A stretch of DNA of 64,000 bases from Azolla caroliniana (lineage: Eukaryota; Plantae; Polypodiophyta), in NCBI GenBank assembly GCA_043228905.1, contig JBHGNT010000018.1:9114001-9178000 (forward strand). The letters run 5' to 3'. A program made the translations under genes and the position numbers. Shown here one piece after another: positions 11,646-26,200 of the stretch. Positions within the stretch are counted from its first letter, which is position 1. The number at the start of each line of letters is the position of its first letter. The notes beneath the pieces were generated by a model. The model was not told the origin of the DNA, made no database searches, and saw only the letters and a program-made list of their open reading frames with translations.

Positions 11646-14600
11646 CTTGGTTTTCTTGTGCCCTTTTTGCCTGTTATTTAGTAGCATTTCACACCTCAGA
11701 TACTTAATGCGTAGGAATATTATGAAGTAATTGAAAGTACGTAGGTTAGAGAATAGGCAAAGATAACCTTGGGTGTGGATACAATAAAGGCATGATTGAT
11801 AGGTTATTAATTGAAAGTACGTAGGTTATTAATCACACATCAACACACATACATGTAACATAAGCACTCATTGTATGACCAACCACTCAAACAATCAAAC
11901 ACTTAATTAACCTTTAATGGATCATTGAATTCGAGGGAAAATGGGAGGAGAGTTCTAAAATATTACGCAAAATGCACTGAATAATGAGTTTGGCTTAAGA
12001 GCTTCCAATTTGGCTTATAGTGATTTGTATATAGATAGATGTGTGTGTGGGTGGGGGGGTACGACCAGACCTCCCTTCATGACCTACCGACCTTGTAATA
12101 TTGTGTGGAAAGTTTTCTTCAACTACTTTTCGGTCTCTTCAATGAGCTCATATAATATAAACTATGTTCTTGCATCCTTACCTCATGTAGCTAATATCAA
12201 ATGAGATTTTCTCTCTTTTTGTCTCTTTATGTATTTTTGCTTTTTCCCCGTCCTTCGTATATCTCAATTTCTTTCTCAAAATGGTGTCCCTATTAGGTTA
12301 TTGTGTGAATAGAGTCATAAATATATATAATTACATTTATATACTCACTTTTCAAAAGTGAGAGAGGGTAGAAAGCATGCAGATTTTTGAAGACGTGCCT
12401 AAATAAAGCTTGAGAGCTTGATCCATCCTTCTTTGCTTCCTCCATTAATGCTTTCTCATACATCAATAAACATCAACACCTTGGACATTATGACTACCAT
12501 GAATAACTTCGTGTAGTGACTTTTTGTGGTTAATTTGTCTTGTTGGGTTAAGATTTGGAGAAAATTTTACTATCTTATCTTTACATGATAGTGTAATCTA
12601 TCTACAGTAAGACTTTGGTGTACATTTTTTATTTGTCAATAGTCAATTGTTTCTAGATTTGGCACAATTAATTTTTATTGATTTCGTGTTGTATTTGAAA
12701 AAACGATTCTCAAAAAAGTCAATAGGTACAATAAAATGCAAGTTGTGGACGAGAAGATTTAGATAGAGAAAAATGCTCATAAATTCTTCTAATATCCAAA
12801 TTTAGAAAGAAAATATTCAATAAGAAGTTGATGACATGAGCTTTCCAACAATATCTCTTGCATGTTGAAATTGGAGATATAGAGAAGAAATATGATGAAA
12901 AAAGTAGGTGAGTGTCAAAAGAGGATAACTAGTCCTATATTTAGGATATAGTTTAAAAAATCTTTATTGCCTTATATAGACACAAGTATACACACAAGTA
13001 TCATGACCCTACAATATTGCGAAGGGTGTCATGCATGACCCTACAATATTTCCAACGGGTATCAGAACCATATAATATATCCAAGGGACCCATTTTGACT
13101 TCAACACTAGTTAATGATGAATCTTATAGTTTTGCTCTTATATATTTCTTCTTATAATAAAAACATACCCATTTTCTCTCTTTCTTTTACTCTCTCTTTT
13201 AAATTCCCTTTTGTCTAGCTTTAGCCCTAACAACGAAATCCGCATCAACCATATCTACTTTGGTAGTGGACTTTTAACATATAGGATTTCCAATCTTACT
13301 CAGTACAAATTTAAATATAAGCCTATTCTAATATCACTATCTACTGAAGGATCCTTAATTAAAAGACCTTTAATGGTTACTGAGATTGTGGGTAGAATGT
13401 CCTTTCGATCTTTCACTTGCACAATCCCTCAATAATATTGCATTCTCCTGTATTTGGGTGACCTAAAACATGAAAATAGTAAAATCTCTAATGCTTCATC
13501 AATTTCACATGCAGGTAACATGTGTTTTATAGAACAAATCTAGAAACAAACCTCCACAAGTAGAAGTGGTCTTGTCAATCTAGGATTATAAAAAATATCA
13601 ATACTTGTGTTTATGACGCTTCAAGAATAAGATTGGAATGTAGCTTTATGGCTATCAATGTGCATCTCTATAGTATCAACGTTCGTCTCTCAAAATTTTG
13701 TTGTTCACAACCTAGTTAAGATGATAAAAGGGTGAAAGCATGGGAATGGGAACAATTCGTTGTGTCCTTGACATAGCTAATTAGCTATGCAAAAAGCTAC
13801 CGGTGATTTAGTCTTTTTGCACCATGAATAGAAACATTATAATATTTTAATTATGTAAATGAGCACCATAAATGTGCACCGTAAATGGAAACATTAATTA
13901 TATACCAAATCCCTAGGTCCATTATGCATGATCCATTGCCACATAAATGTGACTATTCAGGCTCAATTGCTACCACCGTTCTCTTCGATTGAGTTCACTC
14001 CTCCATTGCCACCATTGTACGCTTAGTTGTCGCCACTGTTCGGTCCTGGATTGCTGCCATTGTGTGCTCCTCGATTGCTGCTACTATTCGCTCCTCGATT
14101 GTCACCACTGTTCGTTACACGGTTTGCCAGTGATTTTCTTGCATTCGGTGTCAGTATTGTTTTTAGCCACTTGCAACTTCTAAAATGGCCACTTTTGAAC
14201 ACTTACCCGTCACTGCTCGCTCCTCTATTGCTAGTTAGCAATTGCATCCACATCTTCATCTGTTAATTATGGTGTGTTACATTGTTGTGTATAATCTTGT
14301 GTATTGCGGAATAATTTTGTGTATTGTTGTTGCACATAGTCATCACCGCCACCACTGTCACACACTTGCCACCACTGTTCCCCACGGTGGTTGCAATCGT
14401 CAACATCTCAGTAGCTTTCACTCCGCCACAACAAACAGTCACTTACCGCCACTGTGTGCTCTAGCAAATGGTGGGATTGTTCTTGTCAATAACCAATTTG
14501 CATGTGATATAGTAATTTACGTCTCATTTTTTTTTTCAATTTACTAATGAAGATGTCAAGCCAGATAGAAGGGGAAGGAGGGTGTTTATCAACAACCCTC

Positions 14601-15035
14601 ATGGATCATTAGGATAGGGATCAAACTATTAGTACACAATAAGCCATACAAAAGTATTGGGCAGAAAAAAAAAGGAAACATCGTCAAATGTTAAAGGATA
14701 AGAAAGACACATCAACTAAAGGTAAGGATAGTATTGGTTGTGATGTAGATTGGAATGCCACTGAGAATGGAAGTAATGAGACTACTATCATAGAGAGAAA
14801 GGTTGTAGACTATTTTAATGTTCTAACCATGCACATCGGTAATGAAGACAAGAAAGTAATACTTTACAGAATATTAAATGATCCATCGATAAAAGAATTA
14901 GTTGATTTTGATGGTCTCAATGGAAACCTAACATCTGTATTAGTAAATAATCTCCGTACTAGTTTCATATCCATGAGCAGGCGAGATGGTGATCTTGTCT
15001 TAAAAAGGTCTAGTCTAATGATGTTACTTAATAGT

Positions 15036-15626
15036 GGTGTGCATTATCACTTTAATGAAAGGAGTATTACGGAACTTGCAATTCAGGAAGGCAAGTTTTT
15101 AGAGTATACAATTGAGCATGGAAATCTATATGGAACAAGTGTTGTTGTTGAAGCTGTAGCAAATGCTGGAAAAATATGCATTCTTGACATTGATGTCCAA
15201 GGCGCTCAGGAAGAGAAAAGAAGGGGTTTAGATGCATCATTCATTTTCATAGCACTCCCATCACTTGAGCAACTGGAAAAGTAGCTTAGAATAAGGGGAA
15301 CAGAAACAGAGGAGCAAAAACAAAACAGATTGAACAATGCAAAAAGAGAATTTGAGCATGGCAGGAATTCCTTGATGTTCAATCACTATTTAATAAATGA
15401 CGATTTGGAAGAGTGTTATTTGACATTAAAGAAAGTACTTCACTTGGATGGCCTCAACTCCGATATGTCCGAAAATGGTTCCAACAATCAATTGTATAAG
15501 CCACGTTATGGTCATACTACATCGGTTGTTGGCAAATGTGTTTGTAAAATTTTTGATGGAGATTCAAGAATTGATGATGATTCAAAAAGTAGTGTAATGA
15601 TGATAGATTTTTCAATGCATAGCTAG
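15036..15626 (+). pseudogene. Intronless 5'-truncated guanylate kinase fragment fused to an unrelated upstream ORF (from 14688)
   Basis: GVHYHF...GKFLEY...HGNLYGTS...CILDIDVQGA...FIFIALPSLEQLEK*LRIRGTETEEQ...LINDDLEECY. One in-frame TAG at 15282-15284, and the P-loop is absent. Confidence 0.88.
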
Positions 15627-16769
15627 TTGAGGCGGATAGAAAGCCTGATAGACAACCAACTAGCCGGTCCAGCAACCGACAACCGATAACCGACAGACGA
15701 TGACGACGACGATTGTTAGTCATAGACATCCGGTGACCGAGGGACAGCCGGTAGGCGAAGATATACAATTAGTCTAACTAAGAGAAGTCCCCAAACAGAG
15801 CCGGCCATCGAACAGTAGCAACCAAGTCGACATCTGACAACTGATCAGACAGTCGGCAGAAAGACAGCCGACAGATACAGACGGCCATCGAACAGAGTCG
15901 TCTGCCAAACAAACGAAGCGTAGGATAGAAGAAGAAGGTAGTGGAGGAAAAGAAAAACATGAACGAGAAGAAGGCAAAGGAGCGAGGAAGCGGTAGCAAC
16001 AAAGAGAAGGAAGAAGAAAGAAGAAAGAAAGAGAAAAAGCAGAGAGGAGAGGGTTACGATGAGAAAATTTCAATACGTCGAGGGCAGACAAACCAGAAGG
16101 CAAAAGATCAAATTTCAAAATCATAAGGGGTAAACAAATGAAAATTTCAAAAAATCGAGGGGTACTACATAGAATCTCGAAAACTCAGGGGTACAAAAAT
16201 TCAACTCACAGGAAGGAAAAGAAGAATACACATACATGGAACGCGATTTTACGACTCATGCCATAGTAGACAAGCCAATTCGTGTGTGATCCAATCGTGA
16301 GATGTGCTGACCAAACGAGAAGGTTCGGGTCAAGCAAGCTCCGATCAAAGTTATCGATTGTAGAGTAGTGATCCGGTCGAGGGATTTCCAACTGATGAGA
16401 AGACCGATGGAGTGCCGATCAACGAGAGTTTGCCATGAAGTGGGTTCAACCACGCAATGCACTATCCCACAAGTGTGCCATGTGTTACCCATAGGAGTTG
16501 TATGGGAAGTATAAGGGTAGAAAACAATATAGTGGTCGTTGTGTATGTATAATGCATATGAGTGTGAGTGAGGATGAATATGTGTATGAACACATGCACA
16601 TTTGTGTACATGTGTACAAAGATGAGGGAGTGGGTAAGTAGTGTAACTCCCTACTTGTCTCATTCCGTATTTGTAACGGTTACATCTTGTACATATATAA
16701 ATCCCACCCATGGGGCATAATGGAATAGAAGAAGTTTCCCCTCTCATTTCCTGTGTCTTTGTTTCTCTC
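15627..16769 (+). repeat. Probable LTR-like repeat (CCGAC-rich 5' part, purine-rich block, TATA box near 16692)
   Basis: Abrupt composition change at the end of the GK fragment and LTR-like architecture. Termini and TSD were not resolved. Confidence 0.4.
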
Positions 16770-16950
16770 TGTCACGGACACACCAACCCTAGACAAAGCA
16801 CAGATGACGAGGCTACGACCGATAAGGTTACAAACGTGGAACTCAATGTGATGAGGCTAGAAACTCGAGAAGTTGGGAGCGACGAGATGAGGAACTTAAG
16901 ACGCTAGGAACAATACAAGAGCATAAAGGTAGAGATGTAAATCAAGGAGA
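16770..16950 (-). repeat. LTR fragment of the TGTCACGG family (related to 55286-55773 and 36683-37144)
   Basis: Shares TGTCACGGACACACCAACCCTAGAC...GACCGATAAGGTTAC with 55286, then diverges. The right boundary is approximate. Confidence 0.75.
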
Positions 16951-17479
16951 GAAGATGGGGCTAAACCCCCTTCACACGTAACCCCCTTCGAAAGGGGGGT
17001 GGAGCCAAACCCCCTACCCATAAACAATAATATGCTCGCTTTCCCGCCTCTAAGCATTGTGTAGCACATTAATTCCATCTATGATTTGAAGGAACTTCAA
17101 GGCCAAGATATTTGAAGCTTGAGAGAGAGAGAGAGAGAGAGCCTAACTGACTGAATAACTATTAGTTTGATATTTTTTACAGTTAAATACTCCATACAAC
17201 TTTACCTCGGCATATGCACAAACAACCTCAAATGTAATTGATTACACGAGGGACACTTAGACAAAGACATAGTAGTGGAAGGATGTGTGGTGTTTATTGG
17301 TATTTGAAAACCAAAACTCATTGAATCTGACTTTAACTTTAGAAGAAGTAATAATCCACTTTTTTAACCCAAATATTGGATTAATTTGAAATTTTTATGT
17401 TTTTTCTCCTCAGCGAATTAATACTAGAATTTTGGCCAAACGTTGATACACCATAGCTTGCTTTCACCCCTATACATTC

Positions 17480-20400
17480 TAAAGCTCAACTTGTTGTATG
17501 AGTATTCTTGCAAGTATGTGGATTTCACTTCAAAGATAATTTTTGTCCCACTCGTAAGATAATGTTGTTTTGTAGGCTCGTGGGACTTGCCGCATCCCTA
17601 AACCTTGAACTTCATCACTTGGATGTCCAAACAACATTTTTACATAGTGAACTCAACGAAGAAGTCTACATGCAACAACCACCCTCCTATGAAAGTACTC
17701 AATTCCCAAATCACGTATGTCGACTTCGAAAATCCATCTATGGACTTCACCAATCACCTCTAGTGTGGTATAATTGTTTGCACTCTTTTCTTCTTAGCTA
17801 TGGTTATGTCCGATTAAGAAATAAACCTTATATATATATATATATTCAAATGAATGCATCTAACTTCATATTAATAGGGGTATTTGTAGATGACCTACCA
17901 TTAAAATCAAATTCTCTATCTTATATCACTATATGTAAACAAGAATTAAAGGGTAGTTTTCGAATCACTCATCTAGGTCCTATCTCTTATTTTCTAGGAA
18001 TTGAAGTTAAGGAAATCATAGTCTAGGCACTATTTCTTTATCTCAATCACAATATATATCTAAAATCCTTAAACTTTTTGACATGTTACATTGTTAGCCA
18101 ATATCTACTCCACTCACAACTACATGTAGACTATCCTTAGAAAATGCCCCTAAAACTACTAAAGAATCTTTTGAAATGGAAAATGTATTGTATACACAAG
18201 TCATAGGATGTATAAGGTATCTGGTTAGTTGTACAAGGTCATATGTATGTTTTAGTATTGGTTTATTATCACGTTTCATGCTCAATCCAAGTCCAAAACG
18301 GTTCATACTTCAATACCTTAAGCACACTAAAGATTTAGCAATTACTTATTCATTCATAAAGGCGTTTTAAGTGGATGGACTCATCCCTCCTCTAACCTTA
18401 GCTGTTGGTTTGACTCTGATTGGGGGGGGAGATGCAGATAATCAAAAATCTACTGGTGGGTATGTTTATATAGTAGAGGGTGGAGGAATTGCTTGACGGT
18501 TTAAGAAGAAAATGATGGTTGCATTGTTGTTAAGAATCAAGCTCAACCTAGTGCAACATGTGAACACCCTTTGAGAATCTATGATCACTCAAAGGTCAAG
18601 AGTCACACCAGTACTCTCTACACATTAACTATGTGTCATAACTAATGAGTTTTATATTCCCAAGAGAGTGGTTGTTGTAGTTAGTTAATGAAGAGAGAGG
18701 GTGGCCTTATATAAATCACCCTCCTCCTACTTCATAGAAAGTCGGTTGAGACTCCTTGTAATGCTACATTTTAGTATCTCATATTCTCCTTGTGAATATA
18801 CACCTTCGGCTTGAGTACTTCATTTTCCTTTTTTATATATCTTGTGTTGTCTCTTCTCTCCTCTCTCTTTCCTCACACATAACACACATCTCTTCCACGA
18901 CTCAAGAATCATATCCGATTCTTTACATGGTATCATAGCGGTTTGGTAGTTCGATGTAGCCCATTCACGTGTGTTGTGTTCTACGCCGACGTTCGAGAAG
19001 AACCGGACCATCACTATTGTAGTGTGACTACATAGCCCGTGTTCGAGAGAAAAGGAAAAGAAGAAGGAAATCTTCATCGACAATGAATACTCAAATGGGG
19101 AACGCTCTCCCTAGTGAGAAGTTGGATACAAACAACTTGCATCTTTGGAGTACAAGATGCACCAATACCTTGTCGGGCAAGGCTATTAGAGCTAAATCAA
19201 AGGAGCACAAGAAAATCAACCCGACCAAACAACTTCCGACTACTCAACATGGGAGCAAGCGGCAAGTTGAGTGATGTATTTCTTGGCGACATGTGTTCAT
19301 GACTACATGCTCGGCTACATTCGAGAAGCCGAGATGCCGAAGGAAGCATGGGAGAATCTCAAGAAGATATTCTCCGCCAACACGACGGCATGAAAGATTC
19401 AACTCCGCCAAGAGTTGAACAACATCCAACAAAGGGATATGTCCATCACAAGCTACACCTTGAAGATCAAGGAGCTTTGTGACTCGCTCAGCTCAATAAG
19501 TGTCAATGTGGACGATGATGAGATGGTGCAAATATGCCTCGGTAGCCTTGCACCATGGTTCGACGCAATGAGGACCGTCGTAGTAGCATTCGAGAATCCT
19601 CCCTCTTTCTTCGATCTTCAATCCATGTTGTTGGTTGAAGAAAACCATGTTCGTACAAGGAACAACGCCAAGGAAGGCCACGTCCTCTAAATGCATTCGA
19701 ACGGAGGAAGAGGACGTGGCCAAGCAAGAGGCTAATTCAGCCAAGGATGAGGCGGATGAGGCCCGACTTACGAAAACAACTCACAATTTCTGCAACAAGA
19801 TGGAAGCCATCAAGGAACGTTCGGAAGAAGGGCGAGCTTCCATTCCGGTCTGAGCCAACAAACCTTGATTGAATGTGGATATTGCGCCAAATCAGCCACC
19901 ACAAAGAAGAGTGCCAAAAGAAGAAGCGTGAGTCGGTTTCCACAACCCGACAACTCACCAATTATGCCACCAACTCCGACTATGATGATCGTGGCGGAAT
20001 GTTCATGATGAGACATAGAGAAAATTCTATGTCAACTTCCACTTCGAATAGTGCCTCTAGTTCGGAAGACGTATGGTTCGTCGACTCCAAGGCCTCGAAC
20101 CATATGACATCTCATCAAGAATGGTTCTGAGAACTTCGAGAGCCAGACCGACCCGGCTATGTTGAAGCCGGAGATGACACTACTCATCCGATTTGGCACA
20201 TCGGCAATGTTCCATTTGGCAAAGAAGGTAACCAAACTTATATTAAAAATGTCTTGCATGTACCGACCATCACAAAGAATTTGGTCTTCGTCGGCCAAAT
20301 TGTTGAGCAAGGTATGGAAGTTCGATTTAATCAAGGTGGTTGCTTCATTGAGAAAGAGTGTCGACTCATCGCTCGCAGACGAAAAGAGGGCGGAATGTTC

Positions 20401-22031
20401 ATTCTCGACTCGCATGAGATGAAATCGTCCATGTTTGCAAAAGGCATCAAAGCCGACACTGACATAGAATTGTGGCACAAGCGTATGGCCACATCAACCT
20501 CCAAAAGGCCAAGTCAATGCAATCGAAAGGATTTGTCATCGGACTCTAGAATTTCAAAGACAAAAGGCGTATGTGTAGCATGCCAATTCGGCAAGAAACA
20601 TCGGCACCCGTTTCCGAAGGAGAGGAGCGTGAGTAAAGGCATATTGGATGTAATTCATTCTGATGTATGGGGATCAGCTCAAACAGCTACATTCGGCGGA
20701 TGTCGATACTACGTGGCCGTCATCGACGACATCTCCAGGCACACTTGGATCTACCCCATGCGTCAAAAGAGCGAAGTGTTCGGACACTTCCAAAACTTCA
20801 AGAGAGGAGTCGAAAAGGAAACAGGTCGACATGTACGATGTCTTCGGTCGGATGGAGGAAAAGACTACTTCTCCGTTGAATTTTCGGCTTTTCTTCGGAA
20901 AGAAGGAATTCGGTGAGAGTTTTCGTGTCGACATACGCCACAATAGAACGGAGTAGTCAAACGAAAGAATCGGCAAATCCTTGAAGTATTCTACATTTTT
21001 GTATCTCGTATTCTACTTGTGAATATACACCTTCGTCTTGAGTACTTCATTTTTTTCTTTTATTTGTCTTGTGTTCTCTCTTCTCTCCTCTTTTTTCTCT
21101 CACACATAACACACATCTCTTTAGCTGCACAAGAATCATATCTGATTCTTTACAATTGTCATCAACCGAAGCTGAATATGTTGTAGCTGCACTAGCGGCA
21201 AAAGAAGGAATTTGGATTAAAGCGATACTTGAAGAATTAAATTTATTCAGAGTGTTAACATTGGAGTCGATTTGTCATAACCAATCCTTTATAAATCTAG
21301 CGCGAAATCCAAACATGAGCGACAATATTTGACATGTCTCCTGCAAGCATCATTGCTTACGAGACTTGATCAAGGATAAAATGATAGAATTAAAGTTCAC
21401 ACCGTCAATCTCGATGTGGACCAAGTTTCTTACAAACCAAGTTTCAATACAAATTAGGTTTTGAAGACAATGTCATGAAAAGCTTGACTCATCATTTGCA
21501 TCTTTAATGTTGTGAACTCTAGCTCTATACAATAGGTGGGCATTCTAAAGATAGGCAATATATCTTAAGCATCCATAAGGTAGGAAAGAGATCAAAAGCA
21601 CATACGTTGTTGCAAGAAGATAGGGCTTCTAAAATTTTCTAAGTTTGAAGAAAAAGAACATGATGTTTTGATTATTTTATTAGGGGGAGTGTTGAAATAA
21701 AAAACAATAAACTAATAAAACAATAAAAAGCAAATAAACATTAAAAAATAATAATGTATGTGGTCTCTCATCTAAGAGACACATGAAGAGGCATTGTGTC
21801 TCATCAGAAAGTCATAGACACCTTTGGCAACTACTCGTTACATCATTGTACACTTCATTTCATTTTCATGGAATCAACACATTAAGTCTATACAAATCTA
21901 TTATACATTATGTTCCTATACTCCTACACATAAAGCATTGCTTGGACCACTATCATATCACTTTGGTTACATTGATTCTCAAACACTTGCTTGAAACCTA
22001 GAGTCATGACCTATATTCCACCTATTCAACT
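17480..22031 (+). mobile_element. Old AT-rich copia RT/RNase H remnant with PPT (about 21682-21689) and 3' LTR from 21690, interrupted by a younger copia
   Basis: HLDVQTTFLH, LRKSIYGL, FVDDL. RNase H VAL|SSTEAEY is split by the insertion at 18528-21154. AGGGGGAG is followed by TGTTG. Confidence 0.75.
18528..21154 (+). mobile_element. Internally deleted copia element, 5-bp TSD ATTGT
   Basis: TSD at 18523-18527 and 21155-21159; 5' LTR 18528-18927; PBS TGGTATCATAGC; gag, knuckle, PR (WFVDS..SNHMT) and INT (IHSDVWG, CLRSDGG). A deletion joins the integrase (about 20985) directly to the distal part of the 3' LTR. Confidence 0.92.
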
Positions 22032-23244
22032 TTGGACAAGGCGGGAGGGTGTTGCTTAACTATGTTTAAGTAACCTAATTGGTCACCAAGCGATGTTCCG
22101 TTGATAAAGGGTGTCTTCACACTCATATAGTCCCCCTCTAATTAATAATTACTTAATCACTTGATTAATAATACACAATAGATAGAGTTTGAGATTACTA
22201 ATTAGCAACAAAACATTGATGATATTCCTTCTATCTCTCTCTCACTCGGTATAGGTGTTGTTCATATAAGTTGGGGTGTGGTGGGGAGATCAAACTTTCA
22301 TTCAACCTTATCTTTTATGTAATTGTAGTTCATGAATGAGGTTAACATTAACAATCTTCTTAAATTGTTGGGAGATAGGCCTCCTTAAATTGTCCCTTAC
22401 CTTTCTCGACATTTATAATATAGTTTAACGATTAGATTTACATGTACTAGCTTGTCGGACGACAAGACTTGAATGGTACTATAAGACTTGTGGAACATTC
22501 TAACTGGGCTTGTACATTCAGTGATGCTTCTGGTATGTGATAGCTTTTGAGTTAATCGTAATTTACCTAGATGAAGTGATGCGGGTATGCAAAACAAGTC
22601 AAAACCACACTAACCGTCATGAGACGTACCGACAAAGTCCTAGCTAGGACAATTCCTTGGTACAAATATGAGGCAGTGGGGTACATGTTGAACCTCTTGC
22701 CTAGAAAAGGTGGGAGGGGCCAGCGACTACACCCCCGAATATTGCTTTAACCATTGACATTTCGCATCATTTTTAGAAATAAGAACTTTCGAAGTAGTTC
22801 TGAAGTACAAAAATAAGAAATAGTTTGGGAGTAGCAGAAAAATTAGAAATAGTTTTGGAGTGCCAAATTTTGGCATCATTATTTAGTCTAACAAGGAATT
22901 TGCAATGAGTGAGACGTTTCCTTGATTATCTCGGAAATGCATTATATGTATATATCCATGATCTGGTCAACCGATCCCATCGGCATTCTGACTTATTCAC
23001 AGTTTCAAATTTCATATTCTGTTTTAATGGAATGGAGTTGTGGTAAGCTTCCAATTCATAATCATAATGTCAACGCCTCGCTGGCTCATGCTGAACATCT
23101 AAAAAGTTTCTCCATGACCTGTAACCTAGTTACAATATCTAAAAAGCTTGATCAATAATTAATTGAATGGGATTAACTAGTCTAACAGATCTATTTATCT
23201 CAGATCAATCACCTCATCCATAGCTAATCCTGATCCTCCTCAGA

Positions 23245-26200
23245 ATGGGTGGAAATGGTATATGGATGAATATGATAATTCCTGTTTTGTTTATTATGGT
23301 CATTATTTCCGCCCAGCAAGGCAGGCTCTGGGCAGTGGCTCAAGAAAATGGTGGGTAATTCATTGATCTTCTTGATACAAGTTTTTATGTATAAAATTAT
23401 ACACTAATCCTGCCTTCGGGCTGGGGGATTCATGGATTTTTACAGTACTATGTGGTCACTGGTTTGCTCTGTGGTTTCTACTTAAATTCAAATTGTATGC
23501 TGAGGTTTTGTTGTAATTGCGGCAGGGTTCTTGAGCATGGATTGTGGGTCCTCGTCGGAGGCGGGGAGCTACACTGATCCATCTGGGATCCAATGGGCAC
23601 CCGATGCCCTGATTTGGCCGGACATCGGGAATTGGTCGTCCATCGCTACGGTGAGCCCACCCAGCGCCATGACCGACCAGAAGCAGTACACCACTCTGCG
23701 CTACTTCCCCCCTAATAAGGCCCTGAATCAGAGCAAGTTCTGCTATACCCTGCCGGCCATCCAAGGCACCTACTACTTGATCCGAGCCTCCTTCTGGTAT
23801 GGCTCAACACCGGTTTACGCGACGCGTGTGAGCGGGCAGATCCGGTTCCGTGTCATAGTGGACACGTACCAAGGTGTGGAGATCGCGATCGACATACCGC
23901 AGACCAATCCGTGGTTCGAAGAGATGTACATCCCCGTGCAGAGTGGCCAGTCATCGGTCTCCGTATGCCTCTCGGCAGCATCCCAGAGCAGCGACATTCC
24001 GTTCATAAACTCTCTGGAGTTGCGTCCTCTCCCATCGACACTGAAGTCGGTGGAGATGATAAAGACCTCCAACTACGCTCTCCGCACTGTCCGGCGTGAG
24101 GATTCCGGAACCTCCTCCGCAGTTCCGCCCATCCTAAGGTCAGCTTCAATTCTATGATCAATTAATTTCGCAATGATTCTTGTCGGGAAGGAGGATTCAT
24201 TAAATAAATAAATAAAAACCCAATTTTTGTCAGGTATCCAGATGACACCATTGACAGGTTGTGGTGGAGAGGTGTGGATAACCTGGAAAATGTAGAAGTG
24301 AGTACCCAACCCGTGCGGGTAGATGCTGCCTATGCACCCGATCTTCCTCCCGTGGCCGTGATGCAAACAAATTATTTGTCAAGCAAACCTGGGTATACCT
24401 TCAACATAAGTAATTCGCGAATGTTGAGCACGAGCACAATCCGAGGCACCCACCGCTACTTCATCGTATTGTGGTTTGCGGAGCTCAATCCGAATGTGAC
24501 CGCCCCAGGACAGCGGGTGTTCAACGTGACCACCAATGACGAGCTCTTCTATGGTGCAATGGATGTCTACAATAGTGTCGGCTACTACAAAGCTACTGAG
24601 TTGTTCACTATCACTAACAAGTCCCTGGGGCCTTACTCGGACAGCATCATAATCAAGTCTTATGTGTCGCCCAGCTCCACATATGGGCCTACCCTTGCCG
24701 CAGCCGAAATCATGCAGCTCTTCGACAACCCCATTAATGCCACCACCCCGACCTCCGACAATGACAGTAAGTAGTCATATATATATATAGCCAAACTCAA
24801 TTTACCATTGCCTAAAATATTGTTAGCTTAGGCTTACTCTTTTTAAAACCATATCCTCCTTTTACTGTGCATAATTTTGATTTCCCCTTCCTTAACATTT
24901 GCTCTTGTAGGACTGGCTATACAAGACATCATCACGAGCTCATCGCCCACCTTACCAAACTTCATCGGCGACCCATGCTTACCACAAGAATATAAGCATC
25001 CCTGGATCGATTGTGACTATTCCGACAAGCTTCGTCCGGCTCGAGTAACATCTCTGTGTGTAGTTAGATCACGAGTCATGATTCTCAATTGTGCGATAAC
25101 CGACATGGACGTTCACATTTAATGATGGGCTACTTTCTTGTATATTCACGCAGATTGTTATCTAACTATGGTCTGGTGGGGACAATTCCAACCGGTATTA
25201 GTAACCTGGATGAACTTGCCAGGCTGTAAGAATATCTTGGCTCTAGCTACCGATATCTATGAATCTAGCTAACATTATCTTCTAAAGTCTAACAAAAGAC
25301 TCTGGCCATGGGTAAAAAGGATATAAGTAAAAATAAAAGTAATAAAATTGGCTCATCATCCACCAATGTTACTTTCCAAATTTACTGGGTCATTAACCCC
25401 ACCTGATCGATCACTAGCAATTCCATGTACTACTTAACATTCATAATCACTCATACACTTTCCTTTATCAACTCTCATGAGCTTAGTAAACATATCCCTG
25501 ACATAATACTTTTGATCATCTTTAGCCCTCCTTTGAGGTAAACAATTACAAGGATACAAGCTACACAACGAGATATCCCTGATTCTCTTTCATTTTTACA
25601 AGATTGATGAAGTAATTAAGTAATTTTGCATAGATAGAGATGAATTGGATTTCCACTAATTTACTTGCATGTCATTGCACCTTCAATATATTCTAGGGAT
25701 TTAAGCAATAACAAATTGAGCGGAACTATTCCTGATTCGCTTGCATATTTGCCGAAGCTAACATACTTGTAAGTATTTCACGAGTGATTTCGTATAAACA
25801 TTTTGAGCACAAGTTTGATATTTTTAAATGATATTCTAGAAACTTAGCAAACAACAACTTTAGTGGGACGATACCTCAAGCACTCCTACAAAAACAAGGT
25901 CTTGTTTTCAGGTATGCTAATTCTTATCATTTATATCTATGATCCCTTACAATAATGTGTGGATAAATATGTAGTTAGACAATGTCTATTGAAAATATGG
26001 CCAATTGCCTCAAATATACATAGAGCTATTGTATGGTCCATTTAAAAGCCACTACTTAAGGGTACATTACAATGCTATGATAATAGTGTTGTTAGTAATA
26101 ACGATTTGCTTCCATAGTTGAGTTTCTACATGATTGAAATACAGAGAACACATACTCAGTAATCTATGATGCTATTATGAAGCCTTGATAGAAACAATTC

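Noticed and set aside
12680-13100. Possible MULE/MITE remnant with short direct repeats (CATGACCCTACAATATT)
   Set aside because: No TIR pair or TSD could be established by eye.
13960-14547. Cys/His-rich short ORFs
   Set aside because: They derive from a degenerate repeat of about 24 bp, with no recognisable domain or splice structure.
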